A stretch of 64,000 nt of DNA from an uncultured Anaerolineaceae bacterium (GCA_964490575.1 CAZBDC010000002.1:20698-84697); one strand, 5' to 3'. Positions 1-10,006 are shown, counted from the stretch's first letter. Translations and numbers: made by a program. Notes: generated from the letters alone by a model not told the origin.

Positions 1-2744
1 AGGGACAATACCAGTATGGACATGTCCAGCCCTGGTCCAACCGGGGGCCTGGCGCCCTGGGCGATATCGCTCCGGACGTTACCGCCGTAGGGGCCTGGGG
101 GCCCGGCGCGCAACCGCTAAATTCTTATTTTGGGAATGGGCAGGCGGCCTATGATATTTTCGGCGGAACTTCGATGTCAACCCCGGTCGCGGCTGGGAAC
201 CTGGCGCTCATCTACCAGGCCTTCTACAGCCAGCCAGAAAACCAGCGCTGGCCGACCTGGCAGGAAGCCCGTTCTCTCCTCCTGGGCAGCGCTCAGGACC
301 TGGGCTACGATCGTTTGACCCAGGGGAGCGGTAATGTCCAGGCCGGGCGGGCGATTGATCGGATCACCGGCCTGGAGGCGTGGGCAGAACCTGCACAGTG
401 GCAGGCCGGCGAGGACCAGGGACAGGAATACCCGGAAGCTCCGGCTTTGTTATTTCCTGGCTCGCAGGATCAGCAGGAGATCACCGTTCACAACCCAACG
501 GGCCAGCGTCTTGTGGTATCGTCCACCGGCCAGACTCTGCGAAAGGTGCACGAAGAAACCTTTTCGGTCTCTTTCATTCCACCGCCGCCCGGATCCAACC
601 CTAACCAGCCCGTTTTCTTGCAAGATGTGACCGGGTTGATCGAGGCGTTTGAACCAGACCTGGTGCGAGCTCAGGTCAGTTTTCCTTATGATCGGTTTGA
701 CTTAGAAGGGGATGGTTATGTTGACAACTGGTGGTCGGTAAGTTTCTATGACTGGCTTGACCGGAATGCCGATGGCAATTTGTGGCAGGATACTGACCAG
801 AACGGCCTTGTAAATGAGGGTGAGATCGATATTGACTCGGCGACCGGGCTGTACGAGTATAACCGGTTTACCTATGGCTACCCCCAATCGACGGTTCTAC
901 AGGCCAGCCTGGGCGGGCCTGGTTTGGCCAGGCGCCACGACGGTGTATTCTTAGGGTTGCTCTGCTACTACTGCGGTCACTCGATGTCTCTGCAAGTGAA
1001 GGTCAGCCTGTACCAGGAGGCGCCCTGGGACTGGCTGGAAGTCCCTCACGCGCAACTGGTGCTGGAGCCCTATTCGACATCCAGCCTGACGGTCAGGCTA
1101 TCTGTCCCCGAGGATACTCTTCCCGGCGTGTATGACGGTGTGATCGAACTGGACCAGGGCGATGAGAAGATGCGGATTCCAGTGGTCGGCCTGGTGGCGG
1201 CGGATACACCGACCTTTGCGTTTGGAGGGGTGCACGGGCCAGAAACTCCTTACGACAACGGTGAATTGTTTGGTGGGTTCAACTGGGAATGGCGGTACGA
1301 GGCGGGGGATTGGCGCTTTTTCTACTATGACTTCCCTGATGGCACTGCCGGCGCCGGGAAAGTGATGGTCGTCGACACACGCTGGGATACGCCCCAGACA
1401 GACCTTGACACGTGGGTCTTTGGCGTCCCCAGCCCGGATTTGCCTGGCGCCCCTGGCGCGATCGATTTGCTTGCGGGCAGCGCGGATACTTACCTGTATA
1501 ATGGCCGCTTTGCCTGGCAGACGAATACGGGCGATTCCGCCGAGCTGGTTGGCGTCCCATTCCGGGATGGCCTGGGAATGATTGCCCTGCACAATGTATT
1601 GAGCAGCGGGGTTCAATTGGCTGAAAGATTCGTTGGTCAGGCTTACCAGGTTTCGACCAGCCCGGCTGAAATTTCAGTGGACAGCCTCCCGGATGACGCG
1701 CAGACGCCGTTCCTGACCGCTTCGCAAAATATTGTCCTGACTTCCACCGGAGATATTCCAGAAGGTATTCAGGTTCGGGCTTATGGCTTCAGCACGCCTG
1801 TGGATTTGCCGGCAGAGACTGCTTATCAGGACGCCCCACCCAATATTTGTTCGGCGAGCTGGATCTATAGGCTTGGCCAGGGTGGGCTGCTGGTTGAAAA
1901 TGCCGGTCTGTTGGATATCTCGACTCATTCTGAATCTGAGGATCTTGACCTCGACCTGTTTCTGTTTCGAGATGACGGGGATGGCAAATGGAACTGCTCG
2001 CGAGACGATCTGGAAACGTACTCGATCAATGCTGATGCTGAAGAACAGATCAAAATATACTTTCCCCTGGACGGACGGTACTGGGTGACAGTGCTTGGGA
2101 ATACCGTTCCAGAAGGCAGGCAGCCGTTCGATTTTCGCCTGCGTCTTTACCAGGGTGCAGGGATCATGCTGCGGGATTTTCCGGTTGGCCCAATTCAAGC
2201 CAATCAGGCGGTTAATTTCACGACGATCATGCAGAGCGCTTATACCAGCCAGTCACCTGCGCCGCTGGAGGGGCTGCTGCTGGTTGGCCCGCCGGCTGAT
2301 CCAATGCTGTTAGAAATTCCGCTCCAGCTTCGGCCGACGATCCTGATTTATCCTCAGCCGGTGTTTGGGCCGGCTACTTCCTGGATACGCCAGGAACCGG
2401 TCCTGTTTACCCTGTCTTTCCAGAACCAGGGCGTGCTGCCGGAGTTGATGGAGGTGGAGATTGAGATTCCAGAAGGGCTGGTCTATGTGGACGGTACCGC
2501 CTCTGCGCCCGACACGCCGCCGACTTACGACCCTTCTTCGCGCAGGCTTACCTGGACGGGAACGGCAGGCAGCGGCGCGCAGGTCATCCTGACTTTCCAG
2601 GCCACCGGCCAGACCGGTGTTGATCCCGCCTGGGTGTCCGTCCCGGCCCGGGTTGTGGGTCAAACGTCGGGACAGGAGTGGCTGGTTGAGGCCAAAGCCG
2701 GAGTAAACCTGTACGGACAGTTATTGCCGGTAATCAGGCGCTGA
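1..2744 (+). CDS. Subtilisin-like serine peptidase (S8 family), 5' end outside window, with a long C-terminal extension
   Basis: The frame is open from nt 3. Nt 3-173 translate to ...AWGPGAQPLNSYFGNGQAAYDIFGGTS and join in frame to the listed ORF (MSTPVAAGNLALIY). This gives the S8 catalytic-serine motif GTSMSTP. The C-terminal part is beta-rich and has an acidic DLDLDLFLFRDDGDGKW segment. Confidence 0.85.
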   Translation, partial: GQYQYGHVQPWSNRGPGALGDIAPDVTAVGAWGPGAQPLNSYFGNGQAAYDIFGGTSMSTPVAAGNLALIYQAFYSQPENQRWPTWQEARSLLLGSAQDLGYDRLTQGSGNVQAGRAIDRITGLEAWAEPAQWQAGEDQGQEYPEAPALLFPGSQDQQEITVHNPTGQRLVVSSTGQTLRKVHEETFSVSFIPPPPGSNPNQPVFLQDVTGLIEAFEPDLVRAQVSFPYDRFDLEGDGYVDNWWSVSFYDWLDRNADGNLWQDTDQNGLVNEGEIDIDSATGLYEYNRFTYGYPQSTVLQASLGGPGLARRHDGVFLGLLCYYCGHSMSLQVKVSLYQEAPWDWLEVPHAQLVLEPYSTSSLTVRLSVPEDTLPGVYDGVIELDQGDEKMRIPVVGLVAADTPTFAFGGVHGPETPYDNGELFGGFNWEWRYEAGDWRFFYYDFPDGTAGAGKVMVVDTRWDTPQTDLDTWVFGVPSPDLPGAPGAIDLLAGSADTYLYNGRFAWQTNTGDSAELVGVPFRDGLGMIALHNVLSSGVQLAERFVGQAYQVSTSPAEISVDSLPDDAQTPFLTASQNIVLTSTGDIPEGIQVRAYGFSTPVDLPAETAYQDAPPNICSASWIYRLGQGGLLVENAGLLDISTHSESEDLDLDLFLFRDDGDGKWNCSRDDLETYSINADAEEQIKIYFPLDGRYWVTVLGNTVPEGRQPFDFRLRLYQGAGIMLRDFPVGPIQANQAVNFTTIMQSAYTSQSPAPLEGLLLVGPPADPMLLEIPLQLRPTILIYPQPVFGPATSWIRQEPVLFTLSFQNQGVLPELMEVEIEIPEGLVYVDGTASAPDTPPTYDPSSRRLTWTGTAGSGAQVILTFQATGQTGVDPAWVSVPARVVGQTSGQEWLVEAKAGVNLYGQLLPVIRR

Positions 2745-4005
2745 TAGAGCCCGGACCCACCCGGTAAACCTGGCCACGTTTGATGACTGTCTCGACCAGG
2801 TTGGTCCCAAAGCGGTACCCCAGGTGGCGGTAGTCATCGACTGAGAGCAGAATCAGGTCGGCCTGTTTGCCGGGCTCAATGCTTCCCAGGCGGTCGGAGC
2901 ACTGCAGCGCCGCCGCAGCGTTGATGGTGGCAGCGGCGATTGCCTGGGCGGGTGTGAGGCGCAGGTAGCGGCAGGCCAGGGCAATCACGAACTGCATACT
3001 TTCGCACCAGGCCGTGCCCGGATTAATGTCCGAGGCAATTGCCAGCAGCCCCCCGGCGGCGAGAATCTCCTGGGCGGGGGTATAGTGCGGGTCGGCCAGG
3101 CCAAAGGGCGTGCAGGGTAGGGCGACGGCGACGGTGTCGCCGGCGGCCAGCGCGAGGATATCCTCGCTGGAGGTCTTCACGAGGTGGTCAGCTGAGGCCG
3201 CCTTGAGGCTGGCAGCCAGGCTGGCGCCGCCCAGGTTGTCGAACTCGTCGGCGTGGATTTTAAGCGGGAAACCCAGCCGGCGGGCTTCCTCCAGGATCTG
3301 CCGCGACTGCTCCAGGTCGAATGCGCCGGTCTCGCAGAACACGTCGACGAACGGCAGCCGGCGGCCCGGATGGTTCGCCTGCCACCAGTCCAGCACGGCC
3401 GGCAGCATCTCGCCGGTCACCAGGCGGGTATACCCGTCTGAGTCGCCGCGGTATTCGGCCGGAACTGCGTGTGCGCCCAGGAAGGTGGGAATAATTTCCA
3501 GCGGGCCGATCTGGTCTAACTGCAGCAGGATATCGAGCTGGCGCAGCTCCGCGGAGGTTTCGAGTCCGTAGCCGGTTTTTGCTTCGGCTGTGGTTGTCCC
3601 GTGGCGGAAAATGCTCTCCGCACGGGAGCGGGTTTGAGCCAGCAGGTCGGCTGGAGCGGCCTGACGGGTGGCTCGCACGGTTGAAACGATCCCCCCCCCG
3701 GCCGCCATGATTTCCATGTAGGTCTTGCCCAGGAGGCGCATTTCGAATTCGGCGGCCCGGTCGCCGGCCCACACCAGGTGGGTGTGCGGGTCAACGAACC
3801 CGGGCAGCACAACTTTGCCGCGCGCATCCAGCTCGGGCTCGTGTGGAAAGGCGCCGCGAAGTTCGGCGGTTGTTCCAACCGCCTGGATGTTCCCGCTGCT
3901 AACCAGTACAGCGCCGTCCTGGATCAGGCCCAGGCTGCCCAGGCCGCCGCCGCGCTGCGGACCGCCGGCCAGAGTCAACAGTTGTGAGGCAGAGTGAATA
4001 AGCAT
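2734..4005 (-). CDS. hutI: Imidazolonepropionase (histidine utilisation, amidohydrolase superfamily)
   Basis: 423-aa ORF. It carries VDPHTHLVWAGDRAAEFEMRLLGKTYMEIMAAGGGIVSTVRATR and IHADEF, blocks typical of HutI. Its 3' end overlaps the S8 gene by 11 nt in convergent orientation. Confidence 0.9.
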   Translation of the reverse strand: MLIHSASQLLTLAGGPQRGGGLGSLGLIQDGAVLVSSGNIQAVGTTAELRGAFPHEPELDARGKVVLPGFVDPHTHLVWAGDRAAEFEMRLLGKTYMEIMAAGGGIVSTVRATRQAAPADLLAQTRSRAESIFRHGTTTAEAKTGYGLETSAELRQLDILLQLDQIGPLEIIPTFLGAHAVPAEYRGDSDGYTRLVTGEMLPAVLDWWQANHPGRRLPFVDVFCETGAFDLEQSRQILEEARRLGFPLKIHADEFDNLGGASLAASLKAASADHLVKTSSEDILALAAGDTVAVALPCTPFGLADPHYTPAQEILAAGGLLAIASDINPGTAWCESMQFVIALACRYLRLTPAQAIAAATINAAAALQCSDRLGSIEPGKQADLILLSVDDYRHLGYRFGTNLVETVIKRGQVYRVGPGSISA

Positions 4006-4017
4006 AGGTTAATTGTA
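4006..4017 (-). promoter_or_regulatory. -10-like TACAAT 6 nt upstream of the hutI ATG (putative leaderless promoter)
   Basis: The minus strand reads agaTACAATtaacctATG. There is no Shine-Dalgarno sequence and no clear -35. Confidence 0.4.
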
Positions 4018-4200
4018 TCTTTGTTTGTCTGTTCGCCTCGATTTAAGTGGAATGAGACTGGGGAAAGCACGCAGAAAGGCTGTCGTCCCACAGCGGCATA
4101 TCTTTCAGCGCAAATGGATTGTTTTAAGATAAAAAGGGCTTGAATAAATAGGATATTTTTGATAGTATTACATTGTATAATTTTTCACAAACAAAGATGG

Positions 4201-4269
4201 GTTTTGCAGACTTCGTTCGTTTTGGATGAATGACGCGGTCGCCCACCCAAAACGATACAAGTGTCAGAA
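4201..4269 (+). repeat. Palindromic intergenic repeat, copy 1 (imperfect 16-bp stem, 3-nt loop)
   Basis: 50/61 core positions (56/69 with the 8-nt 5' extension) are identical to 25973-26041 by hand alignment. The arms are GTTTTGGATGAATGAC / GTCGCCCACCCAAAAC. The copy lies upstream of ndh. Confidence 0.8.
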
Positions 4270-4306
4270 TCGGTTTGAGGTTGAAGGTATGTGTATGGAG
4301 GTAAAA

Positions 4307-5581
4307 ATGAAAGACGAGATGCTTCAGAAGATCCGGCCAGTTCCCCATGTGGTCATCGTCGGCGCAGGGTTCGGTGGGTTGAAAGTGGCTCGCAAGTTGG
4401 GCGGCAAGCCGGTGCGGGTAACACTGGTGGATCGCAACAACTATCACCTGTTCCAGCCGCTGCTGTACCAGGTTGCCACTGCCATGCTGGCAGAGAACGA
4501 GATCGCCTATCCGGTGCGCGCGACCCTACGTGGCAGCCGTAACCTGTTTTTCCACCTGGGTGAAGTCCAGGAGATTGACCTGGATCATAAAAGCGTGAAA
4601 ACGAATCATGGAATCTTGCCCTATGATTACCTGGTGCTGGCTCCAGGAGGCGAGACCAATTTCTTTGGCGTGGAGTCGGCTGCGCAAAATGGTTTCGGCT
4701 TGAAAGATCTGGATGATGCGGTAAAAATTCGCAACCATGTCTTACTCCAGTTAGAGCAGGCAGCTCGGGAGCCAGACCCTGACAAACGGCGGGCGCAGCT
4801 GACATTCGTGGTGGTTGGCGGTGGCCCGACTGGGGTGGAATGCGCCGGGGCAATTTCCGAATTAGTGCGGATGGTGCTGCCAAAAGACTATCCCGAGCTT
4901 GACGCAGGTGAAGTTCAAATTATCCTGCTTGAGGCGGTGGAGCGCCTGCTTTTGAATATGCCGGAGGATCTCAGCCAGATTACCGCGGCGGTGCTGCGCC
5001 AGAAGCAGGTAGAGGTGAGGTTTAGTTGTGTGGTCGATGGCTACAATGGGCAGCAGGTTAGCCTGAAGGATGGCTCCGCGATCCCAACCGCCACGCTGAT
5101 TTGGGCTGCCGGCGTACGCGTTGCCAGGCTGCTCGATTCCCTTGGCCTGGATCAGGATCGCCTGGGGCGAGTCAGGGTGGAAAGCACGCTCCAGGTGCCG
5201 GGCCACCCGGAAGTGTTTGTGATAGGAGATGCGGCTTACCTGGAGGGAGATGATGGGCAACCACTGCCGATGCTGGCGCCGGTTGCCATGCAGCAGGCTG
5301 AGCGAGCCGCCGGCAATATTTTGGCCCTGGTGGAGAAGGGGCCATTGCAACCGTTTGTGTATCGCGACCCGGGAGTGCTGGCGACCATTGGCCGCTCTCA
5401 GGCGGTGGCGCAATTGGGCCGTTTGAAGTTCCATGGATTTTTGGCCTGGTTCCTCTGGATTGTTGTACATATATTACAGTTGATTGGTTTCCGCAACCGG
5501 CTGGCGGTGTTGATCAATTGGGCCTGGACCTATATCTTTTACGAGCGGGCCGTGCGTTTGATTAACCCTCGCCAGGTATAA
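4307..5581 (+). CDS. ndh: Type II NADH dehydrogenase (NDH-2, pyridine nucleotide-disulfide oxidoreductase)
   Basis: N-terminal Rossmann motif VVIVGAGFGGLKVARKL followed by VTLVDRNNYHLFQPLLYQVATA, and a second GGGPTGVE motif. The start at 4307 was chosen because GGAGG lies 5 nt upstream. The listed start at 4226 would read through the repeat element. Confidence 0.85.
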   Translation: MKDEMLQKIRPVPHVVIVGAGFGGLKVARKLGGKPVRVTLVDRNNYHLFQPLLYQVATAMLAENEIAYPVRATLRGSRNLFFHLGEVQEIDLDHKSVKTNHGILPYDYLVLAPGGETNFFGVESAAQNGFGLKDLDDAVKIRNHVLLQLEQAAREPDPDKRRAQLTFVVVGGGPTGVECAGAISELVRMVLPKDYPELDAGEVQIILLEAVERLLLNMPEDLSQITAAVLRQKQVEVRFSCVVDGYNGQQVSLKDGSAIPTATLIWAAGVRVARLLDSLGLDQDRLGRVRVESTLQVPGHPEVFVIGDAAYLEGDDGQPLPMLAPVAMQQAERAAGNILALVEKGPLQPFVYRDPGVLATIGRSQAVAQLGRLKFHGFLAWFLWIVVHILQLIGFRNRLAVLINWAWTYIFYERAVRLINPRQV

Positions 5582-5583
5582 TA

Positions 5584-5819
5584 ACAGAGGAAGGCATTGA
5601 CCTGGCTGTCCTGCCGGTCGGCGACAATTTCACCATAGGGCCCGACGAAGCGCCCCGGGTGGTGAAACTGATCCAGCCGGGGCATATCATCCTGATCCAT
5701 TACAATAGCTTCGACCTGATCGCCCAGGATGGGCAGGCCTGGGCGACCTGGTCATGACACAGACCGGCGCGCAGGCGCAGGTACGAAATCCAGGCGTGAG
5801 TTTCCCACTGGCTTGCTGA
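5584..5819 (+). pseudogene. C-terminal remnant of a UPF0173-type metal-dependent hydrolase (beta-lactamase fold), frameshifted
   Basis: There is no start codon. One frame reads IDLAVLPVGDNFTIGPDEAPRVVKLIQPGHIILIHYNSFDLIAQDGQAWATWS*. After a frame change near 5755 it continues TQTGAQAQVRNPGVSFPLAC*. This matches the conserved C-terminal third of the family (..LLPIGGNFTMGP....HYNTFP.I.QD...PGES..L). Confidence 0.55.
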
Positions 5820-6005
5820 ATTGATAGGTTTTGCCAGTATACAAACATTATAAATTGCAAGGTTTGGCCTTCTGATCGCCCTGCTAATGATTTATATTCA
5901 AATCAGAGTTTGATTTTCGTTTTTAATGAGCGACTGAATCGCCTATAAAAAACGGGACAAGTATCAAATGAGGGAGTTGGGCAACACTGACGAGGCGAGG
6001 TGAAT

Positions 6006-7292
6006 ATGCCGAAAGAAATGCCGCAGGTGAAATTTTATAACCTCAGTCTGCCAGAGCGCGCCCGGTGGATCGAGGAGCAGTCTGGACTCTCGGCGGATGA
6101 GGTGGCTGCGCTGACAGGGGCAGCCGGGCTGGCGCCGGAACAGGCGGATCATATGATCGAGAATGTGATCGGCCTGCACGCGCTGCCGCTGGGCATTGCC
6201 CAAAACTTCGTCGTCAATGGACGCGAAGTGCTGGTGCCGATGGCAATTGAGGAGCCTTCGGTGGTGGCGGGCGCCTCATTTATGGCCCGCCTGGCTCGGG
6301 CGGGCGGTGGTTTTGTGGCCACAACCACAGCGCCGGAAATGATCGGGCAGATGCAGATTATCCACCTCACCAACCCGGCTGAGGCCAGGCTGAAACTCTA
6401 CGAATGCCAGGCCGATCTGCTGGAAGAAGCCTCGCAGATCGATCCGGTCCTGGCCCGTTTTGGCGGCGGGCCGCGTGGGTTCGAAGTTCGCCTGATCGAA
6501 AAGTCGCCGATTGGGCCGTTCCTGGTCCTGCACCTAATTATGGACGTGCGCGACGCCATGGGCGCCAATGCGATTAACACCGCCCTCGAGCGCCTTGCGC
6601 CCCGGGTAGAAGAGATTACCGGTGGCAAGGTCCACCTGCGTATTCTTTCCAACCTGGCCGACCGCCGCCTGGCGCGGGCGCGCTGCACGATCCGCCTGGG
6701 CGAACTGGCCTTTGCTGATTTCTCCGCCGAGACCGTCCGCGATGGCATCATCGCGGCCTGGGCGTTTGCTGCGGCGGATCCCTACCGGGCCGCGACGCAC
6801 AATAAGGGCATCATGAACGGGGTGGACGCCGTGGTGATTGCCACCGGGAATGACTGGCGCGCGGTTGAGGCCGGCGCACATGCCTACGCAGCTCGCGGCG
6901 GGCGGTATACCTCGCTGAGCACCTGGGGGCAGGATGAAGAGGGCAACCTGGTTGGGACTCTGGAAATGCCGATGGCAGTGGGGATCATCGGCGGTGCCAC
7001 GCGGGTTCACCCGACGGCCAAAGCTGCGCTCAAGCTGATGGGCGTCCAGACGGCCGGCCAGCTGGGTGAGATCATCGTTTCCGTGGGGCTGGCCCAGAAC
7101 CTGGCCGCGCTGCGCGCGCTGGCGACCGAGGGGATCCAGCGCGGGCACATGGGGCTGCACGCTCGCCAGGTGGCGATTGCCGCCGGCGCAGCAGGGGAAA
7201 TGGTCAACCGGCTGGCGGATCAACTGGTGGCCGAAAGAAACGTCCGCATCGACCGGGCGGAAGAAATTTTGCGGCAGTGGAGCAACGCATAA
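6006..7292 (+). CDS. mvaA: Hydroxymethylglutaryl-CoA reductase, class II
   Basis: Carries ADHMIENVIGLHALPLGIAQNFVVNGREVLVPMAIEEPSVVAGAS and DAMGANAIN, blocks typical of class II HMGR. GAGG lies upstream of the ATG at 6006. The listed start at 6000 is a GTG inside the RBS. Confidence 0.9.
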   Translation: MPKEMPQVKFYNLSLPERARWIEEQSGLSADEVAALTGAAGLAPEQADHMIENVIGLHALPLGIAQNFVVNGREVLVPMAIEEPSVVAGASFMARLARAGGGFVATTTAPEMIGQMQIIHLTNPAEARLKLYECQADLLEEASQIDPVLARFGGGPRGFEVRLIEKSPIGPFLVLHLIMDVRDAMGANAINTALERLAPRVEEITGGKVHLRILSNLADRRLARARCTIRLGELAFADFSAETVRDGIIAAWAFAAADPYRAATHNKGIMNGVDAVVIATGNDWRAVEAGAHAYAARGGRYTSLSTWGQDEEGNLVGTLEMPMAVGIIGGATRVHPTAKAALKLMGVQTAGQLGEIIVSVGLAQNLAALRALATEGIQRGHMGLHARQVAIAAGAAGEMVNRLADQLVAERNVRIDRAEEILRQWSNA

Positions 7293-7295
7293 TCT

Positions 7296-8375
7296 ATGGA
7301 ACAGGCTCAGAAATCATCTCGCTTATTGAAAACTAACCGGCCGGTTGGTCTGGTTGGCTATGGCGCTTATGTGCCGCGCTACCGCCTGCCGGCGGTTGAG
7401 GTGGCGCGCTTGTGGGCCGGGGGGAAAACCGGCGGGCTGCCGATCAAGGAAAAGGCAGTCGCCGGGCTCGATGAGGATGTGATCACCATGTCGATCGAGG
7501 CCGCCCGCAACGCCCTGGCCCGGGCGCAGATTTCACCGGAGGAACTGCGCGCGGTGTGGGTGGGCTCTGAATCCCATCCCTACGCGGTCAAGCCCAGCTC
7601 AACCATCGTGGCGGAGGCCATCGGCGCCGGCACTGACATCCAGGCCGGCGATTGGGAATTCGCCTGCAAGGCTGGCACAGAGGCGCTGGTGGCTGCCACC
7701 GGCCTGGTCGGCTCGGGTATGGCGGATTACGCCCTGGCCATTGGCATGGACACCGCCCAGGGCCAGCCCGGCGACGCCCTTGAATATACTGCCGCGTCGG
7801 GTGGGGCGGCTTACGTGGTCGGCCCGGCCGAAAATTCTTTGGTCGAAATCGAGGCGTCTTACTCCTTTGTGACCGACACGCCCGATTTCTGGCGGCGCGC
7901 CGAGCAGAAATACCCCTCGCACGGGCAGCGCTTCACCGGCGATCCGGCTTACTTCCGCCACATCACCGAGGCGGGCCGGCGGCTGATGGAGGATATGGGC
8001 ACATCGGCTTCCGATTATACGTACGCGGTGTTCCACCAGCCCAATGCCAAGTTCCCCCAGCGGGCAGCAAGCCTGCTGGGCTTCACCGATGCGCAGATTA
8101 AGCCTGGCCTGCTGGTCCCGGTGATCGGCAACACCTATGCTGGGGCGGCGCTGATCGGCCTGACCGCCACGCTGGATGTTGCCCGGCCCGGCGAACGCAT
8201 CCTGATGGTTTCGTTTGGTTCAGGCGCCGGTTCGGACGCTTTTTCGCTGCGCGTGACGGAGAAGATTGACCTCCGCCGCGACCTGGCGCCTAAGACGGCC
8301 GATTATATCGCCCGGCGCACGCAGATCGATTATGCCACCTACGTCCGCCTGCGCGGCAAGCTGGCGATGAAATAG
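7296..8375 (+). CDS. Hydroxymethylglutaryl-CoA synthase, archaeal type
   Basis: The N-terminus [21 protein letters not shown] and the thiolase-fold condensing-enzyme blocks ([18 protein letters not shown]) support the call. It starts 3 nt after the HMGR stop. Confidence 0.85.
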   Translation: MEQAQKSSRLLKTNRPVGLVGYGAYVPRYRLPAVEVARLWAGGKTGGLPIKEKAVAGLDEDVITMSIEAARNALARAQISPEELRAVWVGSESHPYAVKPSSTIVAEAIGAGTDIQAGDWEFACKAGTEALVAATGLVGSGMADYALAIGMDTAQGQPGDALEYTAASGGAAYVVGPAENSLVEIEASYSFVTDTPDFWRRAEQKYPSHGQRFTGDPAYFRHITEAGRRLMEDMGTSASDYTYAVFHQPNAKFPQRAASLLGFTDAQIKPGLLVPVIGNTYAGAALIGLTATLDVARPGERILMVSFGSGAGSDAFSLRVTEKIDLRRDLAPKTADYIARRTQIDYATYVRLRGKLAMK

Positions 8376-8384
8376 GGGGACGAG

Positions 8385-9545
8385 ATGGCTGAGGTTGTCA
8401 TTGCCGGTATTGGCCAGACCCCGGTGGGCGAGCACTGGGAGGTTTCGCTGCGCACGCTGGCGGCGCGTGCCATCCAGGCTGCCCGCAAAGAAGCCCCGGG
8501 CCTGGCGCCCCAGGCGCTTTACGTCGGCAATTTCCTGGCTTCTATGGCTTCACACCAGGCGAATCTCGGCTCGCTGCTGGCGGAGAGCGTGGCCCTGGAA
8601 GGCGTGGAAGGGATCACGGTTGAAGCGGCTGAGGCCTCCGGGGCGGCGGCCTTCCATCTGGGCTATCTGGCGGTGGCCTCTGGTTTTGTGGATGTGGCGC
8701 TGGTGGTGGGTGTGGAAAAATATACCGATGTCGTTGGCCCGCGGGTCGATGCGCTGGTGGCTGAGGCAGCCGATTCTGATTACGAGACCGTGCAGGGCCT
8801 GACGCCTGCCGCCCAGGCCGGTCTGCTGATGCAGCGCTACCTGCACGAGTACGGCGTCCCGCGCGGCGTGTTTGGGGAGCTGCCGCTCCTGGCGCATGCC
8901 AATGCGGTCAACAACCCGAACGCCATGTACCGCCGGGCCATCCGCCGGGAGACCTATGACCAGGCCGCGCCGGTCAGCGACCCGCTCAACCTGATGGATG
9001 TGGCCCCTTACGCCGATGGCGCTGCGGCGGTGATCCTGGCGCGCTCGGACGCGCTGCCGCAAGGGTTCGATCGCCCGCTGGTGCGGGTGACCGGCTCGAG
9101 TGTGGTCACGGATCGCCTGTCGCTGCACGACCGTAATGATCCACTGGCTTTCGATGCGGCGCGGATTTCCACTGAACGTGCCTGTCGCCAGGCCGGGATC
9201 CTGCCCGGGGACGCGGACCTGTTCGAAGTGTGGGACGGTTTCTCGATCTACGCGGTCCTTTCCCTGGAGGCTGCCGGGCTGGCCCCGCGCGGCGAGGGCT
9301 GGCGGCTGGCCCAGGAAGGCAAACTGGCCCTCACTGGCGAGCTGCCGGCGCTGACGATGGGTGGGCAGAAAGCGCGCGGCAACCCGCTGGGCGCGTCCAG
9401 CCTGTACCAGCTGGTCGAAGCAGCCCTGCAACTGCGCGGGCAGGCCGGTAAGAACCAGGTCCAGGGCGCGCGGCGCGCGCTGGTCCAGGCGCTGGGCGGC
9501 CCGGCGTCGACCGCCGTCACGCACGTCTTAGAAGCATGGCAGTAA
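8385..9545 (+). CDS. Thiolase-domain protein (acetyl-CoA acetyltransferase, archaeal-type partner of HMGCS)
   Basis: MAEVVIAGIGQTPVGEHW at the N-terminus and GGQKARGNPLGASSLYQLVEA at the C-terminus are thiolase-fold blocks. A GGGGGA RBS is present. Confidence 0.85.
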   Translation: MAEVVIAGIGQTPVGEHWEVSLRTLAARAIQAARKEAPGLAPQALYVGNFLASMASHQANLGSLLAESVALEGVEGITVEAAEASGAAAFHLGYLAVASGFVDVALVVGVEKYTDVVGPRVDALVAEAADSDYETVQGLTPAAQAGLLMQRYLHEYGVPRGVFGELPLLAHANAVNNPNAMYRRAIRRETYDQAAPVSDPLNLMDVAPYADGAAAVILARSDALPQGFDRPLVRVTGSSVVTDRLSLHDRNDPLAFDAARISTERACRQAGILPGDADLFEVWDGFSIYAVLSLEAAGLAPRGEGWRLAQEGKLALTGELPALTMGGQKARGNPLGASSLYQLVEAALQLRGQAGKNQVQGARRALVQALGGPASTAVTHVLEAWQ

Positions 9546-9589
9546 TCGGTTCATTGGCTAGTAAGTAATCATTCGAAGGGATTATAAAG

Positions 9590-10006
9590 ATGGAAATTCC
9601 GCGTCACTGGCGATTGAAAAAACAGCGCTACGGCCTGGTGGGGGAGGTCTGCCCGCACTGCTCGGTCAAGATCTTCCCGCCCCGCGACGTCTGTCCGGAA
9701 TGCGGCGGCGAGGCCAAAGAGCCCTACCTGTTTAGTGGGAAGGGCACAGTTTACTCCTACACAACCTTGCAAGATGGCCCGGCCGGGTTCGAAAACAGCG
9801 CCCCTTACACGGTCGCGCTGGTGAAGCTTGAAGAAGGCCCCATGGTCACCGCCCAGCTGACCGACCTGGGCGATGAGCCGGTCGCGATTGGTATGCCGGT
9901 CGAGATGGTGACGAGAAAGATCCGCTCGGATGGGGATGAGAGTGGGATTCTGGTGTACGGGTATAAGTTCCGGCCGCGGTGGCTAAAAACGTACGGGAAC
10001 CCGTAG
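9590..10006 (+). CDS. DUF35 Zn-ribbon / OB-fold protein
   Basis: 138 aa. It has the four-Cys ribbon CPHCSVKIFPPRDVCPECGG followed by an OB-like segment (GTVYSYTTL...VALVKLEEGPMVTAQL). It is the last gene of the HMGR-HMGCS-thiolase unit. Confidence 0.85.
   Translation: MEIPRHWRLKKQRYGLVGEVCPHCSVKIFPPRDVCPECGGEAKEPYLFSGKGTVYSYTTLQDGPAGFENSAPYTVALVKLEEGPMVTAQLTDLGDEPVAIGMPVEMVTRKIRSDGDESGILVYGYKFRPRWLKTYGNP

Noticed and set aside
4226-4306. Upstream start of ndh that reads through the palindromic repeat
   Set aside because: The extension is encoded by the repeat element, and look-alike peptides arise at copy 2. GGAGG precedes the ATG at 4307.
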